From Harriotta raleighana (taxonomy: Eukaryota): a DNA stretch of 64,000 nt. Positions within the stretch are counted from its first letter, which is position 1, and each line of letters opens with the position of its first letter. This document shows, piece after piece, positions 54,189 through 64,000 of the stretch. The stretch is from NCBI GenBank assembly GCA_050575255.1, contig JBNZDD010013718.1:2472113-2536112 (forward strand), read 5' to 3'. Below the pieces are notes generated by a model. The model did not search any database. It had not been told where the DNA came from and worked only from the letters and a program-made list of their open reading frames with translations. The position numbers and the translations under genes are program-made.

Positions 54189-57100
54189 CTCCAGTTAGTA
54201 TCCCCTCTTCCACTTGTTGTTTGTATGCCCTGAACGCAGCTTGTTTGAATGTAGACCTCATTTTAAGTTTCTTTGGAGCTTCAGTAAGTTCCTCTGTAGC
54301 TTGACTTTCAGTGGGTTGTTCCTTTTCACCTATGACTTCAGATGCAGACTCAAGGATATCTTCAGGCTCAAGGATATCTTCAGGCTCAATGATATCTTCG
54401 GCTTCTATCATATATTCAGACTCTAACACATATTCAAGCTCTATCATATATTCAGACTCTATCGCATATTCAGGGTCTATTATAACTTCGGCTTCGATCA
54501 TGTCTTCTGACCCCAATGTGTCTTCTGACCCCAACATGTCCTCCGACTCGAACACTTCTTCGGGCTCAAAGTCTTCGATAATGCTGTTATCATAAGGCAT
54601 CTCGTAGCAGCCCTTGTCTAACATTCGAACACTCAGTTCTTCTGCGGGCTCATATGACGGTGACAAGTCTTCGTTTTCTTTAAGGAACGTTTTGTTTTCC
54701 AGTTTTGCGAGCACTTGCTCCATCACCTCGACATAATCGCTTTCATTCTCCCCGGCGAGTTCACTGCTCTCGTCGTCTTCGGCTCTGTAATAGTAAGGCT
54801 CGTAATACGCATCAGAATCAAGAGTGGTGCAGGAGGCGTCCGCTGTAGATTGAGACAATGTCCTGAAGCGACCAGTTGGTGATTCTCCTTCTTCATACCC
54901 GCTCAGACTTTGGGTGCTTCTGGAGTCCATTTTGTTCCAGACAACCTCTAAGGCAGATTTAGCTCGTTGAAGGGTCGAGCCAAACTTTTCAAAGCTGAAA
55001 CCGGTGTCGGACAGATCGATACTCAGTCGGCTGTGCCAGGTTTTGCCAGGAGTCACCATTGGTTCACTCTCACCTTGCAGCTCACTCTGACTCCGACATC
55101 TTAGCGTGGGTCGGTTTTGATAATGGTCGTTGGAATACGAATTATTGTAGGAGTTGTAGGTGCTGTCCCACTGAGCTTGGGCTGTCCCAACAAAGTCCTG
55201 GCATGCTGAAGGGACACCATCGAGTGTCGTGTCATACTTTTCCGCTTCATAGTCCAGACCTGCGGCCTGATAACGTTCATCGAAATCGGGTGTGTAATTC
55301 AGAACATTTTGGTCGGATGGACTATTGCCTTCAGAAACAAAGACATGTTGCGAAGTATCTAAACCAGAGTCCAAACCTTGTGGTAACGGCTGCCATTCTT
55401 TCCATGGTGAGAGATCACCTTGCAAAGACAACTGGGAGTCGCTGTAGTGACTTTGGTCTCCTGACGCACAGAGTATCCCGTTGCTCACCCCACTGTCGCC
55501 CGTTTCAGTGTTCTCTACCTCGTTTTGTTCGACGTATTGTTGGTCCTCATAATCGTACTGCTGATTATCGGGGATGCTAACCCACCCAGACGCCGCCTCT
55601 TCCTTTCCTCTTGACCAAATATCTTTCTCTGAAGTTGACACGACCGAGGAACCATCAGCCCTGGTGAAGTATTGAGTATCTGAAAATTCTTCAGAGTACG
55701 ATATTGACTGGCAGAGTTTGGAAAAATCCGACTCTGAACGACTGAGTTTGGGCGTCGAGTAATCCCCTTGTAGCGTCCAGGAGGGTGTCGCTTCGCTGTA
55801 ATAAGGCTCTATCTGTTTCTGAGGTTCTGCAAAAGCTGAAGAGTGAAAGCTGTTGTCCGTGCACAGTTGCGTTGAGTTCGAGTACGAACTGCAAACCACA
55901 GTCCGGTCAATGTTCACAAGATTGTGAGATTCTGCCCCTTTATTCGTGGAGATGGACAGTTTTTCGAAAAACGTTTTAGAACTAATTTCAAAACTGCGGC
56001 TATTAAAGTCTTCTTCTACCTCCTTATCGCTGGAATCAGGTGATCCCCACTGATGCCTTCTGAATTCCTCATCGTCCGTTGTTAATTTCATATTCATGCT
56101 TTCGTACGTCTGAGATTTGGGGGGAAGCGAATATTCTTTTCTGCTGTGGAGGTCGTTAAAGATTTCAGTAGAGATTCCAATGCCGGAACCTTTCAGCTTG
56201 TAACACTTTTTGAGAATTAAATCTCTATTTTGTGGACTGTCAAAATACACAAGAATAGGACGGGGCTTGGCATTAGCACAGTCTCTCCGTTGCCCTAACC
56301 TGTGAACAAGTTCCATTTTAACAGTTGTTCGAGCATCCGTAAGCCCTAACCTTTCTTCTACGATTCCATAAATGACATTTTCCGTATTCTCATGGAGCTC
56401 CTCGGGAACATTGATGAATCGCAGGCTCACTTTGCTTCCTTGATAGCTAATTTGTCTAATGTAGTCGTGTATATCTCGGGTTTCCCTTCTGGACTGGACA
56501 AATCCGGAGCGGAGTTGCTCAATTTCACTTTGCACCACCTCCACACTGCTGGAGATTTCGTCGATCGACTGTTTAAGGGAATCAACATGCCCCCGTAGTT
56601 CAGTCAGCTCGGTTTCTATTTGACTTATGCCTTGGAGTTCCTTAAAGATCATCTCCATGACATCGTGGGTTTGACTGATGCAGCCAGTGGAACTGAACGA
56701 AGGCTCCATTGCGCTCTTTTGTTGCATTCGACCCGTTCTGTCCAAAGACTTGCTCCTAAAACCGAGCGTTTTTTTCCAACTGCTCATTTCCGTCTCTGAG
56801 GAGATGCATTCTTGACTTTTTTTCCACTTGCGAAGTTTGCGCAGGGCGCCAAGTCTCAGCAAAGTACGTTCTCCATCTGAGCTTCCATCAGACGGAGCGA
56901 GGCTACTGACACTTTTCCTGTTCCTCCTCACTGGCATCGTCCGAGACCGGCGCTCCTTCCCTTTATGCGAAATGCTCACTTCGTTCAATGATTCAGAGGT
57001 GCCACTATCAACAGACCATACCTCTTGGCATAAGCCCTCATTATTGGATGGAATCACACTCTTCTGCAGTCCATTAGCTATTGCCACCCGGTAACTCAAT

Positions 57101-57375
57101 GTGGGAGAAAGCGAATACTCAGTCTTCCCTTCCTCTTCCTCAACAGATAGATTGCGGGCAGATTGGCATTTTGCTATTCTCCTGACTGTGCTTTTTAGAT
57201 TGGATGAAAATTTCTGATTCCGAACTGGATTGACCTGCTGTGTATGCTTTGGCTGCTTCTTGTCTAGGTTGCTCTCTTTCTTTTTTGTTGTGTTTGCTTG
57301 TTTCCGAGCAAACATTCCTTTGTAAAGCTTTAAGATGTAGGACTCGAGGAGATTTTTCAAAAGAGAAGAAACCAT
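54189..57375 (-). CDS. UNC13C: UNC13C (Munc13-3) large first coding exon, 1062 codons plus 1 nt of the unique N-terminus
   Basis: ATG at 57375 (MVSSLLK..., cf. recalled mammalian MVANFFK...); conserved blocks YSLSPTLSYRVAIANGLQK, SLAPSDGSSDGERTL, THDVMEMIFKELQGISQIETEL, TPKLSRSESDFSKLCQS, LQRAKSALEVVWNK; donor GGAG|gtact, phase 1. The ORF-track TTG start (57387) and read-through to 54145 are not the real ends. Confidence 0.95.
54346..54570 (-). repeat. Coding 18-nt tandem repeat, ~12 hexapeptide units (E-[SPA]-E-[DY]-[MIV]-[IL])
   Basis: EPEEVF ESEDML GSEDTL GSEDMI EAEVII DPEYAI ESEYMI ELEYVL ESEYMI EAEDII EPEDIL EPEDIL. Confidence 0.9.
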
Positions 57376-57660
57376 GGAGGGAGGCAATAGGTATCACCAA
57401 TTCCTAGCAAATACCAGCGTTAAACGAGACCATGAGAACTGCAAGCATTTAAACATGAACATCTTTTTTTCTCTGCATTAAAATAAAAGCAACAAGCTGC
57501 GTGCGTCCTACAAGTTAGCAAGCAGGTAGCATCTGTAAGCTATATATGTTGCACGCAGCCAATTGCCAGAAAGCAGTCAGCCTGTATTTGCATCAGACAG
57601 CAGTTATAAGTCCTGGGGGAAGACCAACAGCACTGAATTGGCTGGATATTCCATGTCTGC
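57376..57660 (-). other. UNC13C: 5' UTR portion of the large UNC13C exon
   Basis: Acceptor tactaatgactttttttcttcttctgtaacaacgcag| at 57660 with branch-point-like TACTAAT. Confidence 0.6.
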
Positions 57661-60600
57661 CTGCGTTGTTACAGAAGAAGAAAAAAAGTCATTAGTATTG
57701 AACCACTTATAATTCTCAGCATTTTTGTCTGTGTGTTAAAAGTCGACAGCTATAGTGATAAACGCATTCAACAGCAAATATATACATCAAAAAATACACC
57801 ACAAGACTCTCGCAAGTCAAGATACTGTATGTACAACTAAGGAAATGTAGTCATGTAGCACATATTTTCACAAGACCTGCGTTTTCAAAAGCTTTGTGCA
57901 AAATTAAAGTCATCTACGAGGCCACATATTGCTATTGTGACTTTGAACAAAACTTTTTTAAGTTCAAGATATTGTGTTGCTTAAAAATATACACCCTGGG
58001 ATCCTATATTAGATATCTCTGCAGATATATAGACTTCCAGTTATATAATTCCAGTTATATAAGATGCTAAAAATGATTCACAGAAGAAGAGGTGTTTTGT
58101 TCAATTTGAACAGAAAGGGCTGCTTGGAATTGTTGGAACTCCAACCAATTTAAACCGGTAAATTTCAATCATTTATGATCACGCTCTCATGTGGTGTGAG
58201 TTCTACAGAATTTCAGTTAATCGACTGTAATGTTTCACCAATAGGATCCCCATTCAACTTGTTGTGAAATGGAAAGGTACCTTAGGAGCATATTGCTACC
58301 TATTAAAACCCGCGTCCCGCAAAGTTTCACCCGGGATAAATCTAAGCAAAAGCATAATTAGGGTTACGAATTGCCATTACTTACAACTTTTTAAAAAAAA
58401 TTAGAATACAGCAAGAAGATATTCCCTGCCACGCCCCCGGGCAGAACAACCTACATGAGAAGGCAAAACATCCCTCATCCACACTGGTGGAAAAATTGAT
58501 TTCTCCATATTAACACATATTTCGCCACAGAGTTGAATTTAGGAGCAAATGATTCAAATTCAACCATTTTGAGGACACCATCCAGGACGCCCTCCCGACA
58601 TGAAAGGCGCTCTATAAGTGTAATTTTATTTTATTGTTGTTGATGATTTCCACCAGCTTATTACAGCTATAACGTCCTCCTTTCTCTAAAAAAAAAGTGG
58701 TCACGGATCCTGTGTCATTGATCAAATTGTGCTAAGGCGTTTAAGTTGTTTTATTGTCAAATTCCTAAATTTAGCATCATCTTAATCACATTAATCTAAT
58801 CTCATTCGATTTTCATGAAATAATGGTGATATCATAAGTACTATCTTTGATTGCTTACTGGCCAAACAAAGCCAGCAATTCATGGACACATTGTGCGAAG
58901 GTTAGATGCAGTAATGATTCAATATATCGGGCCTTTAACCCTAGTTATCACCAATGCTCTTAAAATATGCAATCATGTAGCGATTACTGAATCAAAAATG
59001 TTATGATCTTACACATCACTTTCATTTTGATTTGCATGTGTGTCTGTGGGCTGGGGAGGGTTGCAGTCTTTAGAAATTGGCATTACTCTCTTGAATTCTT
59101 TGATGTTTCCATACAACTCGTTCAGCAACTAGCACAATAAGAGATCTGTTGCTGTAGTTTCTGTAGGGTTCTAAATGTTGTTCTGTAACAAGCCAAAATG
59201 GGAAGGAAGAATTTCTCCTACAAAATTCTTCGTGACAGTTCTTTCCTCCACAGTGAAGGGTGACTTCCTGTAGACCAGCCAAGGGCAAGCAGAATTCGGT
59301 GAAGATGGTCAAAACATCAGTTGAGTTTTGCATTGAAATCCCATGTTCTAATACCAGAGCTGAGATGCCATAGTCATTTAACTTTGATGCCAATTAGAGT
59401 ATTTTGGAAAAGGACTTGCTTCTGTGCTGTCTTTCTTGGATGCAGAACTGGCAAAAATAACCATCTTATGAAGCATTTCAATGGGAAGTTGCCAATGCAT
59501 TCAATACCATTGATGCTTCAAATAAAGTACTATATTTTACTGTAACTTGACAAACAAAATCCATGTCTTGTGTTTTGATTGCAGCATTGGGATTCTATAT
59601 GGATTGTGTGTAAACAGACACTGGAAGAGTCTTTTAAGGTAATAACACAATATAATTGTGGCAATCTGTAAGGTCCTTTAAGGTACGTTTGAAGTTGTAA
59701 AACATGAGTCACTACTTGATTCTGTCTTTTACAGGCAAATAGGTAGTAAAAATAGTAAGTGAATTCTATAGTAAAATGACCATGTTTGACTCCTCAATAT
59801 GAGAAAATATATCTAGTGTGAAAAATCTAATTCAAAACATAAATTCAATTTTCATAATAATAAGGGAACTGTAACTCAATAGGGACTAGGCACTTCTGTA
59901 GAATTATAAATAAGTCTTTAATGCACAGCAAAGCATTTTTTTGTCTGTCTGATTACCATTCGACCAATTTGTTAAGATGCTGTGAACGTTTAAAACCTCT
60001 GATAAAAATGTCAATGGATAATAATGTTTCAACTGAAGGCTGAAATATTAATTTAACTATAAAAAGGATATTTGTCTGTATGAAGGAAGTTACAGTAAAG
60101 TAGCACTTACAAAGGATGTACAATATAGAAATAGGCTACTCACCCCAATCAGGCCCTTGTTCCCAGTCAAATTAAATTCAAGGGGAATGTTAATATAAAT
60201 GCTGGCCATACATACACCCAGATAAAATTAGAGAAATATTTTACTGCTTAGATGTAAGGAATTGAGGCATAATCACCTCAATACATGAATAGCTAGTCAA
60301 AGCTCTATTTTATCATAATTGTAATGCATTCATCTGCATTCACCAGTTTCCATTGGCTTTACTGGCCACTATAATATGTGGTCTATAAACCAGAATTTTC
60401 CAGATACATTTTTCTTAATAAATAAAATCAATGATACAGAAACAAAAATCCCATCCTGCACTATTTTGTTGTAGCGAAAAAAAGATATGACCACGATGCC
60501 TCCTGGTAAACTCAATCGTAGTTTCTGAGCAAATTTCAGAATTATTTACCCTTTCACAGACACAGGACTTTGTTTTGGTTCACCACAAATTGGGTAACCA

Positions 60601-60999
60601 AATGAAATTGGTATCAAATGACATGCTTCATAGCCTTGTGTTTACATGTTAAAAGTCCCAGTATCGATTGAGATGCCAATCCACAACACATTCAATAAAG
60701 TCTGTCTTGTTCCCTCTTTTTTGGTTGATCTCCTATGTTAACAGAGGCCTATTAATTGCCCAAACTCTTGGCAAAGCCAATAGCTCTTCAAACACATCCC
60801 TGTCCTCTGCTTCTGCTTTCAGAAAGCACATCAGCTGGGTGTCTGATGCATGTGGAAATCACAATACTCTTAAGCATGATGACAGGTTTCCGCATGAGTC
60901 AGGCACACATCTGACAAAAAAGGACACTGTGATGGTGAATGGGAGGGCAATATATATTGTCAAAATAATTGTCACTAGATGACTTTGTGGAAGACAAGT

Positions 61000-61123
61000 T
61001 TGCAGAGCTATGGAGAGAGAATGGGGGAGTGGGACTGATTTGGACAGCTCTTTTCAAAGAACTAGCACAGACACGATGGGCTGAATGGCCTCCTTCTGTG
61101 CTGAATAATTCTATGATTCTGTG
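61000..61123 (+). mobile_element. CR1-type LINE 3' UTR fragment
   Basis: GCACAGACACGATGGGCTGAATGGCCTCCTTCTGTGCTG followed by an (ATTCTATG)n-like tail. Confidence 0.75.
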
Positions 61124-64000
61124 AAAATAATTCTCTGAGATATATTCTAATTTCCCTTTAATGGTTGATTTAAATTCTTCAGGTGTTTGAAAGACTTTCA
61201 AGAAACAGCTCAGCCTTTGTAGAATTGCCTACTTACTGACAATACAGTAATATCTTTGGGCTCCTTGCTCCATAAGATAGCAGTTATCCCGCCTTCAAAA
61301 CAGGTCTCTTAAAAACCAATGCTGTCATATTAAGCAGCGGTTTGCAAAATCTAGGCAGTTGCAATCCTGTACATGCTGTGAAGTACATCAGTTAGCAATT
61401 CAGAGAATTCCAGCAATATAAAAAAAATCATAAGATAGCTGCAGGCTAGAACTAAATTATGTAATTTCATTGAACAGAAGAATAAAATATTATAAACCGA
61501 GTTTAAACCTGGTACTCCTTCTCGATTGAACAGGGCTTTGAATTGCTGTACCAGATATAGTTAACTGTTAACAAAAAACTCACATTGGAAATATTTCACA
61601 CTTTGGCTAAGAATGTTTCATTCAACCTAAAATGAGAATCATGTTTTAACTGTCCTATGTTTCTCGAATATTGAGGCTTTTTGAATTTTGTTTGAAGGAA
61701 TGCTCCCAATCGCTAATTGATGGGAGTTCACCACATTACAGACTGTATCCGTAATGTTCAATCAACAAAAGGTCCACTGTCTCTTAAAGGACATCCAGCC
61801 TGATAAATGGCTTTGCAAGATAATTCACCAGAGTAACTAGTGGAGGAGAATTCAGTGGCAAGACCGATGGCACTGTGTTGGCAGTTCATCATCAGTTGGG
61901 ACGGACCAGCCAAAGCATTGATTTTCAAAAAATATTTGAAGCAAAGGGAATAAGCCAAGAACTTTGCACTTCTCTCAGACACATAACATCTGCTGTTGGG
62001 TAAACTTTCCCTGCCGGTCAACACCACAGCGCTTTTGGACATGAACTAAATGCTGTGTGAAACCTCTCCTGATGAGGCTGCAATGCCCCCTTTAAATGCA
62101 GAACCGATTACATACCAGTTGGGAGCTTTCAACTTAATGGTGGAATGCACAACCATGGTAGGTAGGCATGGGGTTTTTCCCAGGCACTATCGGGCGCTGT
62201 GTCATTTAGGATTTAGTATATCCTAAAGGATGGGGCTAAACCTTTTTTTAAAAAAAAACGGATGATTTGGGCGTGACAGAATCAGTGATAATCAAACGAT
62301 ATATTCCCATATCAAAAAAAAAGGCCAAAAAAAGATGACAGGAAGGAACAGCAGAGAACAGGTACAGAACCTGAGAGAACAACTGCCCAGCTTTCCCCGA
62401 CAGCAGTTCTGAACAAAATCCAACGTTACATTTTTTTTTAAAAAGCCTGCTTAGTTGTGCCTGTTCTGCTGTTGTGGATGCTGCTGAACTGCCTGTTGGT
62501 CCAGGGAGATTAATCAGGAACGTGTGGCTTCACAGAACAGTTGCTGCACAATATTTTGGTTTCTATTTATCAACTGACTGGTGGTGGGGGGGTGGGGAAC
62601 AGTGTCTACCACTGCAAAAAATATCTTCCAACAATCCCCTCCCCAGCTAAGAACTGTTTCAATGATCATTGTTAAAGCCTGGTCATTGAGACAGTAACAC
62701 ACAGGAAATTTATATCTCTGAAAGATCAAATAGGATTTACTTACACGAGCAATCTGTGCTTTCTATATAACACCTGAAGTCTCTATTGATTTAAGCAGAA
62801 CAAAAGGCAAAACAGAGTCTATTATAGTATTAACTTATTAAGTGCCAGGCAAATGATTTCAACCGTTTCTTTGCAACCATACTACTTGTAAAGGAAGGGA
62901 TGTAAAATCAGATCATTGATACATTTCATACACACACAAAAAACCCAAAGAAACATACCTGTATTTTTCCAATATTTGATATTGTGAGAGAGATAGAGAT
63001 TACCCACCAGATACAGTACAAGGAACACTTGAGAATTCTTCCTTCAGTGCAAAAACATAAAGCAATACACACACATTTGTTCTTCCATGTTTCAGCCAAG
63101 AGAGCAAATGCTACCACAGACAGTACAGCCGATCCTCAGAGCTTCAACTCAAGTGCAATCAAGCAGCCTGCAAGCCTGCAATGCTATCTGTTTTTCAGAA
63201 TTCCAGTGGTTTCCCTAGGCAGCATTAACTACATCTTTGCAACTTGCTACGTGTAGTAAATTACTGTCACTATTCCCAAGGATCACCTGAAGCGCAATGC
63301 CTTTTTTCTCCCTTTCCTTCCGCACAGCTCTGCGAGTCAGTATCCCTGACAACTATTGAAATTGGCACAGCTTTCAACCATCACAGTGGACCCGACAATC
63401 CTATCATCTCGGGCATCGGGGTTCGACTTCAACTTCACAAGGCAGACTCTTTTGTGCCAATGCTTCATACTCCTCAGCCCACATTCTCAACGGTAATCAA
63501 CGCCAATCTGCCCACCCTCCAATAGTAAGGTGTCTTCCCGCTTCGTGAGTGTGAAATGAGCTCACCACACAAAAAAAAACATTCCCTGCACAGAGATTAC
63601 ACATGCAACCTCCTCAAAGCCTACAGCATTACTAGCTGCAATACTGACAACAGTGTGAAGGCTCTCTCGTCCCCCCACCCCCAACCCCCTCCAGAGCTTT
63701 GTGAAGAAGCCTGTTTGCTGGGGTTATGGGGTACCTGACCTTTCATTTATCAGCTCAACGTGACCCAATGCAATAACTACACACCCGTTCCCTCCTCCAG
63801 CTGCACACTGTGGGGGTGTGTGTGTGTGTGTCTGTGACCAATCCGAAGGATATTTTAATTGACTTTATTTTGAAACAATGTTCTTCTGCACTGGTCATAC
63901 CCATATAAAGTTTTACGTGTTTTTAAAATCAAATCTTGCCTTCAAATGGAAACGGTGGGTATACAGTGGGTATAAAACAAAATTCTGCAATCATTTTTCT

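Noticed and set aside
54214-57094. Several plus-strand ORFs (up to 173 aa) overlapping the large exon
   Set aside because: Antisense shadows of a long coding exon with no independent coding evidence.

Overview
Vertebrate genomic DNA, AT-rich and repeat-rich; the repeat families (tRNA-headed SINEs, Deu-type SINEs, CR1/L2 tails, Penelope-type inverted repeats) suggest a cartilaginous fish, possibly a chimaera, but the species is inferred only. The window holds the 5' portion of one minus-strand gene, UNC13C (Munc13-3, synaptic vesicle priming factor). I mapped a ~3.5 kb first coding exon (ATG at 57375), a 79-nt exon, a 6-nt microexon and 13 further GT-AG exons encoding C1, C2B and the start of the MUN domain; all junctions from 29183 to 2821 are phase-consistent. 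The small linker exon(s) between 54189 and 29183 were not resolved, and the gene continues past the left edge. Most other ORFs in the track are spurious. Best finding: the giant exon contains an intact coiled-coil + RRM-like module with the motif order of LINE retrotransposon ORF1p, consistent with a domesticated ORF1p fused to Munc13-3. Other highlights: a candidate alternative N-terminal exon in the long intron, a neural-type microexon with a UGC motif, a coding 18-nt acidic tandem repeat next to the calmodulin-binding helix, and Penelope-like inverted repeats with hammerhead-ribozyme remnants. Repeat boundaries are approximate and homology statements rest on recalled sequences, not searches.
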